Assembly: GCF_018977255.1 (NCBI RefSeq)
Contig: NW_024704742.1
Span: 11,100,001 to 11,164,000, forward strand
Direction: 5' to 3'
Source: Callorhinchus milii
Lineage: Eukaryota
DNA: 64,000 nt
Shown: positions 11,925 through 25,592 of the stretch, in pieces
Position numbering within the stretch: position 1 is the first letter of the stretch
Layout of the letters: the number at the start of each line of letters is the position of its first letter
Notes under the pieces: generated by a model
What the model saw: only the letters and a program-made list of their open reading frames with translations
The model's database searches: none
Told to the model about the DNA's origin: nothing
Translations under genes and position numbers: made by a program

Positions 11925-12112
11925 GATTGGTCTGGATAAAAAAGCCCATTTGATCTCACCCCTCCAGAACACTGACCCTACCATTCCCCCTCCACATCAA
12001 TGCATCAAACTGCTTTTAAACTGAGGTCCTGACCTCCACCACGTTTCCTCACAGTCAGTTCCAGTCATTGATTTCTCGCTGACCCACTGTGTAAAGAAAA
12101 ACTTCCTGAAAT
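11925..12112 (-). mobile_element. Old CR1 3' fragment
   Basis: Minus strand reads FRKFFFTQWV; CCCATTTGATCTC 3'UTR pattern. Confidence 0.65.
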
Positions 12113-12114
12113 TG

Positions 12115-13480
12115 ATGGCCAGATGGGAGAGGCATAGGCAGAGCCAAGCGATGTTGCGGAAGTGGAGGAAGGCAGAACAGGTCATGGCATGGATATGGGA
12201 TAGAAAGGATAGTCGTGCGTCAAGCAAGAATCCTAGGTTCCGGATTGGATCAGTGAAATGGAGTTTGCATCCATGAATGGGCATGCTGCCAGTGCCTGAG
12301 GTGTGGAGGTGCTGACGGGAGCCAATCAGGAGGGCCTTGGTCTTGTTGACGTTCAGCTGGAGAAAGTTAGCTCTCGTCCAGGACTTGGTGTCTGACAGAC
12401 ATTGGTTCTGGAGTTGAGGGTGGAGGCAGAGAGATAGAATTGGTTGTCATCCTCATACATGTGGAAGTTGATCCCAAGTCTGTGGATGATATCACCAAGA
12501 TATTGAAGAGAAGAGAACTAAGGACAGAGCCCTGAGAGACGATGCACGAGATGGTGTGGATGCTGAAGGAGAAGCCATTTCTGGAGACAAAATGTAGACA
12601 GTGTGAAAGGTAGGTTCTGAACCACTCAAGGACAGAACTGTGAAGGTTGAGGTGAGATGAAAGGTGATAGAGAAAGTTGGAATGGTCAATAGTGTCAAGG
12701 CAGCAAAGAGGTCAAGAAGGACGAGGAGACAGAGTGAGCCTGGTCATAGATGGACAAAATGTCATTTTAACCAAGGCTGCTTCTGTGCAGCATGGAAACT
12801 CAATTGGAGTGGTTCATAGAGGGAGTGGCGGGAGAGGAAGGAGTGTAATTGGGAAGCAACGACTCATTCCAGGACTTTGGAAAGGAAAGGGAGGTTAGTT
12901 GTAGAGCAGGGATGGGTCCAGAGAAGGTTTCTTTTTTTTAAGGATGGGAGTGACAACGGTTGTTTTAAAGGGGTGGGAATGGTGCCAGTGGACAAGGAGA
13001 GGTAGATGATGTAGATGATATCTGTGAGTAGAGGAGCGAGGAGGTGGAGCTGGGAGGTAAGAAAAGGGGTAGGGATGGGGTCAAGTTTTCATTTTGGTCA
13101 TTATGGTAGTGAGAGAGGAGAGGGAGACAAGTTTGAAGTTGTGGAGGGAGGGATGGGTAGGGGCCAGAGTGTTAGGTTGAGATAGGGAAAGGATAGAAGT
13201 TGGAAGAACAGAGACAACTGAGTGGATCCCTCGATTTTGGTTTCAAGTAAGTCCAGCATCTTCTTGGAGTTGGAGTAGAGGAAGGGCGAGGCATGAGAGG
13301 GTGAGGGAGGAGCCATTTGGTGGTCGAGAAAGGAGCATGGGGTTGTCTTTGGCCTCCAAGAATATCTTGGAATAGCAGAATAATTTAATAGAGGCAAGGG
13401 TGGAGTGGTAGGTTCTGATGAGGTCCAGCCAGATCTGCTGATGGACAGTTAAGTTGGATTTGAGCCAGATGTGCTTGGCG
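12115..13480 (-). mobile_element. Decayed L2 ORF2 (pre-RT and RT region)
   Basis: Minus strand [39 protein letters not shown] motifs; homologous to 47340-49090. Confidence 0.88.
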
Positions 13481-13924
13481 GCATGACATATTGAGCAACT
13501 AGTCAATGCGATGCCCAGAAAACAGCTAGGGCTTGGATGGTGTCCTGCGAAAGCAAGATCCATTCCAAGGATGTTTGCTTGCTGCTTGGTGAGCACAGAA
13601 TTGCCACACTGTGTATAACTTGTCAGTTATGTCGCTGGGAAGCTTCTCCTATTGACCTGTTCGTGAAAGAGAGTGGAACACAGCCATGCTATTCTTGCAA
13701 TATTTAGAAATCTAGATACTTTCATTTATTTTTGGGGTGCCGTTCAAATGACCATTCTATATTTGTGACCTTAGATAGTGTGTGTGGGAGAAATTGAGAT
13801 CAGTAAAGTCTCTATCAACAACTTGCGTTTATATAGCGCCCTTCACACCGGACAGCATCTCGGAGGGCTCTAACTGAAATTCACACACTGTGGGAAGGAA
13901 TGCTGTCCATATAATGTTGAGCAA

Positions 13925-14120
13925 GATCTTGGACTTAATTTCCTCTTCTCCCTACCTGACCTGCCAAGGTTGCTCAAGCCCATTGCACCACCCCTCCTGC
14001 CATTCAGCTGACTCAAGCTAATTCAACATAGACCAGGGATCGAATTTGGAATCCTTCTGGTCTCTGTAGCTCAATTCTCATCTGAGTAATGCCTTTGTCA
14101 GATGAGCTCTGGAGGAGCTC
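13925..14120 (-). mobile_element. AmnSINE2-like SINE 5' half
   Basis: CAAGCTAATTCAACATAGACCAGGGATCGAA...CTTCTGGTCTCTGTAGCTCA (reverse of head). Confidence 0.55.
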
Positions 14121-15124
14121 AATTGATCATTTTTTAAGTTAATTCCTTTAATGCAAGAGAGAAAAAGGATCTGTAGCAGGATTGTTCCCAACGGACCTCA
14201 CAATGTTTGTGCTATCGTAATAGAAATAAAGTATCAGTTGCAGAAATTACATTCTACTATATAATCCTGCTCTAGAGCGAATGATATTTCATTTAAATTG
14301 TGATGAGAAATGGAGAATCAGGAATTAATTCTCTTCCAACTGAGTACAACTTTAATGATGGTTTAAAATGCAAGATTTGCAGAAGCATTTGTAAAAGGCA
14401 AAGCCTACAGCCTGCCCACATATGTTTCAGACCAACCAACTGAAACTCCATTCAGGTGATCTAATTTTCAACTTCTGCAGAGCAATTGCAGCCAAAGGCA
14501 GTTCCCAACCGGATATCTATATCTGAGCAGCGTTCTGGAGAGTCTCCCTGAGATGAATCTGGGTACCTGCAGAATTTGCATAATCTTTTCATATCAATTT
14601 AGTGCAAGTTACCCTCCAATATGTGTTTGTTATTTACTGACTAAATACTGCTAAGTATAAAATCTGCACAAGAACATCCTGAGGAACGGCATTAGAAGGT
14701 TCAGGAATAGAGCCGATAATTGGGATTAGGATTGTTAGTTTCTTGGAGGATTCGAAAAGGGAAGGTACTTCTCCCTGTGTCCTGGCCAACAATCCCCCAA
14801 AATAAAAAAAAAGATTTGTTTCCTGGCTCTTTGTGGGACATTGCTGTGCGCAATTGTGTTACTGAATTTGCCAACAAATACACAATCAATCCATTTCACT
14901 GCAAATTCTTCTTACGTGATAGGCTCCATACCAAATGTAAAGATTATTATTGTTATTATCAAACACTGTAATTAAAAAAAATTAACGAACATTCATTTTA
15001 CGTTGACAGCAATAAAAATGTTGACATGTCTTATTCTTATTAAGCATTGTTGCTTTTCAGGAAGTATCAATTTGACTTGCTGTATCTTTGTGATGTGTAC
15101 TTTGGCTTCTTGATGTCAGACTGA

Positions 15125-15600
15125 CTCAACTGGTAGCACTCTCACCTATGAGTCAGAAGGTTGTGGGTCAACAACAACAACTTGCATTTATACAGCATCC
15201 CAGGTCAACCCCTGTGTCAGCACATCAAATGCAAGGTCCGGGCTGATACTCCACTGGAGTTCTAGGGGTTAGAACTGTTGTAGGTGTTGTCCTTTGGGTG
15301 AGAAGTTAAACCCAAGTCCCTCTGCCTGTTCAGATGACTTTAAAAGATTGTGTGGCACTATTCGAAAAGAGTTGGGAGTTTATCCTGATATTCTTGCCAA
15401 TAAGCCCCAGATAAAATTGCTCATTCACTTCATGGCAAATGTTTTTTGGCATATTTTCTGGATGCAAATTTGGGCTATTGTCTTTGACTGCAAAATAATC
15501 ACTATGCTTTTCCATAGATCCTGTGGAAATGCTTTCAGACATCCTCCTGAAGCAAAATGTGCCATATCAAATATGAGGATTGTTATATTATTATTGATGT
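15125..15600 (+). mobile_element. Old SacSINE1-like SINE
   Basis: Head TGGTAGCACTCTCACCTATGAGTCAGAAGGTTGTGGG; body GTCCTTTGGGTGAGAAGTTAAACC...GGCACTATTCGAA; degenerate L2-type tail. Confidence 0.7.
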
Positions 15601-15739
15601 TTCTTGCTTTTGATTTTCATCCTGTTCAATTTGCATGGTCATAAAGAGGCCACTCATAATAGACTGGCCCCTGTTCTGGAAAACTGGATGGACTCTCACA
15701 GTCTACAAACATCCCTTTTCGCGTATCACTTCATTGAAG

Positions 15740-18310
15740 TTGACCAAGTAATGTCTATTTTGGCAAGTATTTCCTGGTACCTGCCATCCATTTTGTAAGG
15801 CTCAAACACATGCTTGTTAAATGTCAAATGACCAACTGGTGATTATCCTCCTGGAGGGTGGTGCAGAGGGGGATGTAAGCCGGATCTTCTTGGAACTGAA
15901 CTGGCTCCAAGGTAACATGTTTGGAATTTAGCATTAAGTCAGAGAGTGATGTAGTTAAGTCCAAAGCAAGGGTCCTAAATTTAAATAGAGCCAATTTTGA
16001 AGCTATGAAAGAGGATTTAGCTAAAATAGACTGGGGAATTAGATTAAAGGATATGACAGTAGACCAGCAATGGCAAACCTTTAAAGATATAGTACATAAT
16101 TCCCAACGATCACATATTCCCTTGAGGAATAAAAATACCACGGGAAAAGTGGTTTAACCATGGCTAACTAGAGCAGTTAGGGAAAGTATAAAATTAAAAG
16201 AAGAGACCTATTATACTGCCACAAAGAGCAGTCAACCCGAGGATTGGGAGGGCTTCAGGGACCAACTAAGAAAACTAAAAACTGATTAGGAGGGAGAAAA
16301 TGGATTATGAGGGCAAACTAGCTGGGAACATAAAGACAGACTGTAAGAGTTTTTACAAATACATAAAGAGGAAGAGACTATCAAAAGTGAATGTGGGTCC
16401 ATTACAGGCAGAGACAGGAGGAATTATAATGGGGGATAAAGATATGGCAGAGTCATTAAACAAATGCTTTGCTTCTGTCTTCACATTAGAAGACACGGAA
16501 ACTTACCAAAAGTAGAGGGGAACCAAGAAGCTAATGTTAGTGAGCAATTTAGGAAAATTAACATCAGTAAAGAATTAGTACTAGGGAAACTGTTGGGATT
16601 GAAAAATGACAAATCCCCAGGACCTGATGGCCCTCATCCTAGAGTTTTAAAACAGGTGGGGGCTGAGATAGTGGATGCCTTGTTTTTGATCTTCCAAAAT
16701 TCTCTGGATTCTGGAATGGTTCCCACTGATTGGAAGATCGCAAACATAACACCACTATTTAAGAAGGGAGGGAGAGAGAAGATGGGGAACTATAGACCAG
16801 TCAGTCTGACATCGGTGGTAGGGAAAATTCTAGAATCCTTAATTAGAGACATCGTAGTGGGGTACTTAGAGGACCACAACATGATTAGGCAGTCAACATG
16901 GCTTTACAAAAGGGAAGTCATGCTTAACAAATCTTTTAAGAGTTTTTTGAGGATATAACTAGCAGGTTAGATAGGGGGAACCAGTAGATGTGGCATATTT
17001 AGATTTTCAGAAGGCATTCAACAAGGTGCCACATAAAAAGCTGCTACACAAGATTAGGGCATGTGGAATTAAAGGCAACATATTAACATGGATCAAAGAG
17101 TGGCTAACGGGAAGAAAACAGAGGGTAGGGATAAATGGGTCCTTCTCAGATTGGCAGGATGTGACTAGTGGAGTGCCACAGGATCAGTGCTTGGGCCTCA
17201 ACTATTTACAATCTCTATCAATGACCCAGACGAGGACATAGAACTTAAAATCTCTAAATTCGCGGATGATACTAAGCTAGGTGGGAGAGTAAGCTCTAGG
17301 TTATTTCTTGGGTTAAGGGGGTGGACCTACGAGGATAGGTTGAGTAAACTAGGCCTATATTCTCGAGAATATAGAAGAATTACGGGTGATCTTATAGAAA
17401 CCTACACGATTCTTATGGGACTTGACAGAGTAGACAGTGCAAGACTATTTCCCCTGGTAGAAGAATCTAGAACAAGGGGTCACAGTCTTAAGATTAAGGG
17501 ACAGCCCTTTTGAGCAGAGTTGAGAAAACACTTCTTCACTCAGAGGGGAGTAAATTTATGGAATTCTCTACTCCAGGAGGCTGTAGATGCTCAGTCATTG
17601 CACATATTCAAGACTGAGATTGACAGATTTCTAAAGAATAGAGGGTTTAAAGGATATGGTGTTAAGGCGGGCAAATGAAGTTAGGTTAGAAAATCAGCCA
17701 TGATCTTATTGAATGCCCTACTCCTGCTCCTAATTCCTATGTTCCTATGTTTGGCAACGGAATGCCAAAATCAAGCCAATCCTATGTGGCAGTATCTGTA
17801 ATCGAACTCCTGAGCCAGGCAGGTCTGCAATACTCCAAGACACTGCCGATAACAACCCAGCCAGGCTGACTCATCAGAAGGATTTGATAGGGTAGGCCAG
17901 TCACTTGGATTAGGATTCTTTCCACTCAGCTGCTGTTAAGCCTGCACGCCAAAGCCCGTATATGTAGGGTGGTCGTAGCTGGACAAGTAGTGAGAAATCT
18001 TGTTAGGCAGTGTTCTCAATGGCAAGCTATGTAGTGTTATCTGGTTAGACTCCAGCAGTACCCCTAACGCACACTCTGGGGTCACCGTGCCTTGACTCTG
18101 GAAACCTGTGCCTACTACCTGTGCCTAATACAGAATTAAGTAAGCAGGATGCATTTCTCCAGGGAGAGAGTGCACATTCCATTCCAACAATCTATCTCTG
18201 GAATTTCCATGTGTAAGTGGGATGCCTGGAAATATCAGTTTGGTTTGGATATTCTTAAGCAGGGTGATGGATTCTGCATGTATCAGACACTCAGCGGACC
18301 AAAAACAAAC
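15740..18310 (+). repeat. Longest family X copy, split by a CR1 insertion
   Basis: 15740-15924 plus 17747-18310; second part aligns over about 500 bp with 19130-19625; left boundary uncertain. Confidence 0.75.
15925..17746 (+). mobile_element. 5'-truncated CR1 LINE with frameshifted ORF2 and 8-bp TSD
   Basis: [75 protein letters not shown]; (TTCCTATG)n tail; ATGTTTGG at 15917-15924 and 17747-17754. Confidence 0.95.
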
Positions 18311-19059
18311 TGAAGAAGATCATATATATTAGGAATTAAATGCAACCCCATCTCTGAATCGTTCACCTTGGTAATGCTACAAGAGATGATGAATATGATT
18401 TACATCCTACCACCAAGTCACTACAAAAGGATGATTTCTGCAACATTAAATATTGCTTTCACAAAATTATCCTTTTGCACTTATACATGGACCAGTAGTC
18501 TTTGGAAAGGAATTGATATTGTGTGTAGAAAGATATTTTGTTGCCTGAGCACGTTCACCTCTACCTTTTTTCCTCAACCAAACTGAAGTGATCCCAGTGT
18601 GGTTGTTTGGGGATTTCTTCCCAAATGACTAATTCAGTCTAATTCTGGTCCCTTAACATCTGGTGTTACAATAGATTCTTATCTGAAACTCCATTCGAAA
18701 AGCATGGAAAAAAAGCTGAGAATACTGATAGGAAACAACAGGGGTTTAGGTACACTTGAGAATAAAACTTTCACTTTTGATTTGTGCAGTCGACTCTTAA
18801 TTGAAAGATTGATTTGCAACTATAAAGCCTGTTCAAATGCTCATTTGGTTAATTGATCAATTACTTTAATTGAAATGGAATTAGCTAGATCTGGCCCATT
18901 GTTAGTTCCTTTTTTGTCCAAGTTTAAACATTTCAGGCTTGCCGGCCTCCATTGCTTTTGTTTGCCTCGCCTTCCCATTGGCATTCTGTGATTACATTTG
19001 GGATGCTATCTTCGCTCTCTTTCCTAGATAATCAAGGAACTTAAACGTGTTCCTTATTA

Positions 19060-19625
19060 CCAGTTGTTTTATCTTCATTTCGAGGCTTCACACTCAAAGT
19101 CGGACACACTATGGCGGTCTCAGAAGTATGGTTTTTGAGCCAGGTAGGTCCGTAGTATTCCAGGGCACTCCTGATGACAGTGCAACCAGTCTGGCTCATC
19201 AGCAGGATTTGGAAGGGCAGACCAGTCACTGCGGACAGAGAATCATCCCACTCAGCTCCTGTTAACCCTGCAAGCCTAATGGGTAGGATGGTCCAAGCTG
19301 GACAAGCAGCGTTAAAGCTTGTCGGACAGCACTATCAATGGCAAGCTATTCAGTTTTAGCTGGTTAGCTTGTTAGCAGTTACCGCAATGCACACTCTGGA
19401 GTCCACAAGCCTTGGCTCTTGCCAACCTGCACCTAATAGTTTCTGGAATTTGGTAAGCAGGATGCGTCCTGCTCCAGGGAGAGAGTGCGCATTCCATTCC
19501 AACAATCTGTCTCTGGGATTTCCATGTGTAGGTGGGATTCATGGGAATCTTGGTTTGGATATTCTTAAGCATGTTGATGGGTTTCTGAATGTGTCAGGCA
19601 CCCGGCCGACCCACCCAAAAAACAC
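19060..19625 (+). repeat. Family X copy
   Basis: Colinear diverged copy of 17790-18300 (e.g. CTCCAGGGAGAGAGTGCGCATTCCATTCCAACAATCT), ending in an A-rich stretch. Confidence 0.85.
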
Positions 19626-20040
19626 TTAAAGTCCATGTTTTAACCAGATATCACATCATTGTGGTCTCAGTAACCTTTCATTAACCCCCTCCCTCCAACC
19701 CCCCCACCCTCACCACCAATTGATTCCAATGGTTAGTTTTTGTCAATAGGAAGGAAAAGATTTAATCCAAGAGTCACGAGTAAGAGGGAAATGTACAGGC
19801 GTTTATGATGAGGAAGAGTGAATAGATTGCAAACCTATTTAAAGATATGGAGCTGAATTTGCATTCCTTGTATTAGATCGAGCACCTTATTACTTACTGA
19901 CAGTCTCAAAGGGCTTCACGGGATTTGCTGTAAGGTATCGTGACTGTATATTTGCAGACAATTTGTTTCAAAATAGACTAAATTAAATCAAGCACATTTA
20001 AAATGTTCTGATTTTCAAATTGAGTCATTTCTAGAATCTA

Positions 20041-20385
20041 GAGTACAGGTAACTTAGTGATTAGAGCAAGTCAGAGGACTGTTGTTTGATTCCCGGCAGG
20101 ACGAAACGTTGGGCAAATTTCCTTACTCCACATGCTTCTGTTTACCTAGCAGTAAGTAGGAGTCTGGTTGTTAGTTGATTGATGGATCCCTTTTCTGGGG
20201 GTAATAATTCCTTAAAAATAATAATAATTTGATCACTCATGCACAACTCTTTGTGAGACACTGCTGTGCACAATTGGCTACCATGTTTCGCCCACAAAAT
20301 ACTCAGTCAATTTACTTTACAGTATATTCTGTGAAGCGCTTTGAGATGTCTTGAAGAACTATATCAGATGCAAGGATTATTATTT
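20041..20385 (+). mobile_element. Older long-form tRNA/CORE/Deu SINE
   Basis: Extended CORE-like CTCCACATGCTTCTGTTTACCTAGCAGTAAGTAGG segment; tail GAGATGTCTTGAAG...GCAAGGATTATT. Confidence 0.85.
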
Positions 20386-20749
20386 TTAAATCAGAATGAG
20401 TTGATCACTTTTAATGAGTGAGACTTGCTGCGATGAAATTATCAATCATCACAATAATATTTCCATTTGATATTGTGGCAATAGCATCAAAACATCTCAA
20501 AGTGCTTCACAGGTGGGTGTTGCAGGTTTGTAAGCAGTTGGAGCAGTTATTCTGTAAACAGCAAAATCCCACAAGATACCAGGTGCGATTGTTGAATCCA
20601 GGACAAAAATCAGCTTGGACAAGTAGGTGTACTGGAAGGATCGGATGTAATGTGCTGAAGCATTTTCTTCATCTGAACCGATCTTGGAAAATGGCCATAA
20701 AGTGAATGACCCATTTATCTAGACATTTACATTGGCTAAAATCATATAT

Positions 20750-21085
20750 TGCTGTGGGATCTTTGATCTTTGACATCCACCTGAACAAACAAATAGAACC
20801 CTGGTTTACGGATAGCATTTCTAACAAAGCTGCACTCCCATCTTACTGTACTGCTGTGCGTAATTGGCTGCTGCATTTCGCCCACAAAATATACAGTCAA
20901 TTGACTTTACACTATATTCTGTGAAGCGCTTTAGGACAATGTCAAAGACATGATAAGGTGCTATATCAAATGCAAGGATTATTATTACCGTTGTATTGGA
21001 ATAGTCTGTGAGCTCATTCTCAACATGGGGCTTGAAACCACAACTCTGACCTAGAGGCAAGAATGTTACCCACTGAGCCAAGCTG
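20750..21085 (-). mobile_element. SacSINE1-like SINE with a nested + strand SINE tail (20848-20990)
   Basis: GGCTTGAAACCACAACTCTGACCTAGAGGCAAGAATGTTACCCACTGAGCCA is the reverse head. Confidence 0.65.
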
Positions 21086-21564
21086 ACATTTGATTGATGC
21101 AGCTTGTGGATGGAAGGTGATGTTTACATCCCTTCAGGTTACCTAATTGCTTGTCATTTGCAAGTGATGAGATTTCTTCAGTAACTTGCCCAGTTGTCTG
21201 CGGGATGTTTTTATTCCTTTAGCATAGACAGTGTGATGACCTAGATTGACTGAGATGCTGAAAGTAAGAGAAAGCTTTTTTTTGTAGAACTGAGATTTTT
21301 CCAAACTTGAATTCTTAAAGCAGATTTTCAATTTCACAGTTACCTGTGCAGATGTACCCAAGAAGAAAAGGAGTTTAAAAAAATGATACTGCATGTTCTA
21401 ACTGATTAAGTCATGTGAAAATAGAGCATTGAGTGGAAAAGGGTGTATCGTGCAAAGTGGCGTTTCAAGCCGATAAGTGACACATTACAGTATATCCTAC
21501 AGGACTGTGGATATGCTGTTATATGCAACGATTATTATATTTATTATTATAGCTACAGGACTGT

Positions 21565-21905
21565 GGAATTCTGTAGCTAACCCAGCAGTAAGTAGGAACC
21601 CGGTTATTAGTCGATTGCTTTTCTGGGGGTAATAATTCCTTAAAAAAAAATTCATAATTTGGTCACTGAATCCACAACTGTTTGTGGGACACTACTGTAC
21701 GCAATTGGCCGTTGCATTTCGCCCACAAAACATACAGTCAAATTCGCTTTACAGTATATTCTGTGAATCGCTTTGAGACATCTAGAAGATGCAATACGAC
21801 GCCATATCAAATGCAAGAATTATTATTATTGTATCCAGTGAAGTGCTTTGAAACATCCTCCCGATGTGAAAGAAGCTATATCAAATGCAAGGATTATTAT
21901 TATAA
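21565..21905 (+). mobile_element. Internally deleted long-form SINE plus an extra tail
   Basis: CAGCAGTAAGTAGGAACCCGG...TTTCTGGGGGTAATAATTCC...two successive ATCAAATGCAAG tails. Confidence 0.8.
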
Positions 21906-23212
21906 GATGTATGATCTATCTACCTTTATATGTATATTGTATACTATATGCTATATAATGTATACTATTGTCAAATGCAAAGCCAGGATGCACCATACTT
22001 ACATACCTGTGAAAAAAAATTAGTGCCTACAAACCTGTCGATTGCATATATTCCATTCCACTCATGAAAAAGTGGAATTAAACAAACTGCTAATTAATTT
22101 CTGTAAATGAAATGTCATTCCATAATTATTTAGCTCCTTGCCAGATTGATAGTATCATCTCACTAACTAAATGGCTTAATATATGCAACATTTTGTTGTT
22201 CTTTAATGAGTTTAAACAAATCATGTGGAAATATGTAAAATTATATTTCATTTACCTGACCTTATGTAACTTTACCACTTATCCCACTTTGGTGCCGTTT
22301 AACGTTGGAAAGTAAAACTTTTGGTTGTGTGGGTGTTGTACTTGGTCTACGAATCCTTGTCTCTGTCTCTGAGTGAACGAGTGTAAGTGAATGAAGGTGG
22401 GGACACACAGTATTGTTGCCAGCAGTAAAATATATCTGCAAAAAAGATCTGTTGAGATTAACCAGAGAAACAATATCTCTGGGAGACCTCTCAAAGACGT
22501 GATAAGGCGCTTTATCAAATGCAAGGATTATTATTATCCAAAAAGAAGTGACTACCTTCAAATTTGGGATGATGTTATTATGGCTTTTGAGAATATCAGT
22601 TCAGGAGAGGAATTGAAGAGCCAGTACAAGGACAATTGAGATCAGTTTGTTCATTAGAAGATGCAAGTACAGAGGATACAGCGACATCAACAGCTGTAGA
22701 TCAGGGAGGAATAAAATTTCCAACAGGAATAAGACTTTCCAACAGTGCATAGATACGGAGATTCAGAGACAGATACTCTGAAGAATGCTAACAAATATGA
22801 AATGTGATTATTTGAATTTCAATGTACTCTGAGCACCAAGTTTAGGCTGCAGCATCCACATGGAACAAAGAAATGATCTGAGTTGATGTTGAATACATTC
22901 TGTTTTATGTCTCCCTACATATTTGTGTCATCTTTTTACCCTTTCCCTTGTCAATCTTGAATCCTCAAACCACATGTCTCAACTTCTCTCATCAATAGTG
23001 AGCTGAATCCACATCCTGTAGAATAATGAATATTCAGAAAGCCAAGCAAGTCATCCTTGATGCTGATATGAGGTCAATTGCTATCAATAAATCAACTGGT
23101 AAAGGCCATTTGCTCATGTTGGCTTCTTTCCAAAGTGGAATCAAGATCTGTGTCTTAGACATGATTTATGGAACTCAACAAAGAAGTTTATTTCTGCTTT
23201 GATACCATCAAA

Positions 23213-23545
23213 AATAATATAATAATCCTTGCATTTGATATAGCACCTTTTCACATTGATACGTGTCAAAGGATTTTACTGTGAAGTGTAGTGACTGTGT
23301 ACTTGTCAGCAAACACAGCAGCAAATTTGTACACAGATTTGTCCTACAAACAGTCATGAAGTGAATGATCAATTTCAATTGAGAGAGTGTTGGACAGGAC
23401 CACCAGGAGAAACTCCCTTCTCTTTTCACATTGCGCCACGGGACCTTAAACATCTGCCTGAGCAAGCAGACTGGACCCTCAGTTTCAAGTTTAATTCAAA
23501 GGATGGCAACTCCAAAAATGCAGCTCACTCCCACTACAACATTGG
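23213..23545 (-). mobile_element. SacSINE1/Deu-type SINE
   Basis: Tail AATCCTTGCATTTGATATAGCACC; body GCCACGGGACCTTAAACATCTGCCTGAG. Confidence 0.65.
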
Positions 23546-25309
23546 AATGTCAGCTTTATAATTCACTTTACAGTATATTGTATGAAGACTTTGAGACATT
23601 TAGAGGATGTGATAAGGAGTTATATCAAATGCAATGATTATTATTATCAATATGCAATATTGGCAAAAAGTGGTTAGAAGTATTAATTTCAATCTCTTAA
23701 CTTGGCCTGAGAGGTTGGATTGCGATTGGCAACTTCTGAAAGCTGCTAAAGTGTGATAAAAGTCTAGAAAATGGAGAGCAGTAAAGTGGGGGCTCTTCAT
23801 GACATTCTCCTACTGTGAAAAGTGCTATGTAAATGTAAACTATTGTTGTTGATTTCAGCTAATTCATATCCTTTAAACCTTTATTTTGCTTAAGTTTACA
23901 ATTGGTGAACCAAATTCACAAATTAGGCGCATGGGTTGCAACCCAGCTAATGAACTGATCCTGACTGCCTCCACTTCTTTATTGCTCTCCACCCACCTCT
24001 TCTGTGTTATGCACCTTGATGTATTTGGTGTTGAGGGCATCTTTTTACTTGCATGGCTTATCCTTGAGTTTGTGACCCCTTGAATGTAGTAAGAGATAAT
24101 AATATATAATAATAATCATACTAATCCTTGCATTTGATATAGCGCCTTATCACATCTTCGAGACGTCTCAAAGCGCTTCACAGAATATACTGTAAAGTGA
24201 ATTGACTGTATATGTTATTGTTGTATTTATGAATACTTGAATGTCTTGGATTTAAAACACTCTGCGATGCTACCTTCGTACGGTGGGTGCTAATGTCAAT
24301 CCAAGTTGCCAATATTGAGCATAAGAATAGCTTACAGTTGTGTTTATGCATTCTTGAATATAGCGAGGGAAGAGGGGAAATTCATCTTCTCGTTTTTGTT
24401 TAAAAGTTTTACTGAACATGAAAGCTAAACATAACTTAAAAAACTACTCAAAACCATGATACAGCTGCTCAGTGCGACATCAGGCCCTGGTGGTGTCTCG
24501 AAGTCTCACAATGATTGATGGTTCATCAGCAGAGACATTCCAGAACATTATGACCAATCAGCTTATAGCTCCTTCATAAACCAGTCCATCCAATATATTG
24601 CTGGATGCTCGGTGAGGCTAAAATTAAACTTAGCAACAACGCCCCTATAGCTATGATGTCTTGCTGTCTGGAGTTACTTGGGTGAGAAACTGGAGTGCTG
24701 CCAGTGTCCATAGAATTATACTCCAAAATGACTCCATGCCTTTGGAGAATGAAAACAAATTTGGGAGAAAATAAGAAGCTTGTACCTGTATCCAGTAAAT
24801 CCCAACATGAAATATGTGCTGCACAGTTCTGAAGACGAACATAATAAAGGTGCAATTTCATAAATCAAGTTGTACTACTGACCTTGTTTTACCTTTCTTT
24901 ATGATCACTTACTGCACCGAGAAGTCCAAGATTATATTCATAGAATAGAATTTTTCAACACATAAGGAGGCCATTCAACCCATTTTGTCTGTGCCGGCTG
25001 GCTATCTGAAAGCGAGTGATCCATTATGGTCCAAACGCTGATCCATGGAAATACCATTATTTTATTAACTCTACAAAGAAAAACTGGCAATGAGCTGCAT
25101 GGTAATGGATTTAAAGTTGGGTACAGAATGTGCTGAACCACTCCTCTATCGGACAATGACAAATTGCATTTATAGAGCACCCTTCACGTAGGATAATGTC
25201 TCACCATCAGTAGATGCAAGGGGGAGCAGGAGGTGACTGTAGGTATGGTTAAAGTGGTAGGTTCCAAAGCGGATTAAAGATAGAGATGGCAAAAAACAAA
25301 GATAATTAT

Positions 25310-25592
25310 TCTGCAAAGTGAATTGACTGTATATTTTGTGGGCAAAATGCAGCAGCCAATTGCACACAGCAGTGTCCCACGACTAGTCAGGGATTGAGTG
25401 ACCAAACTATTATTTTTTAAGGAATTATTACCCTGGAAAAGTGATCTGCATATTGACTAAGGACCAGGCTCCTTCTTACTCCTAGGTGAACAGGCGTGTG
25501 GAGTAAGGAGATTTGCCTAATGTTTTGCCCTGCCAGGAATTGAATCCAGGTCCTCTCACTTTGTAGGCGAGTGCTCCAACCACTGAGCTATC
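25310..25592 (-). mobile_element. Long-form SINE
   Basis: Reverse head GGAATTGAATCCAGGTCCTCTCAC...CCACTGAGCTA plus CORE/Deu-like body. Confidence 0.85.

Noticed and set aside
15921..17513. Active reverse-transcriptase gene
   Set aside because: 5'-truncated, several frameshifts and stops, and an internal deletion.
22590..22752. Purine-rich open stretch (RRGIEEPVQGQLRSVCSLEDAS...)
   Set aside because: No convincing acceptor or start and no recognisable protein similarity.
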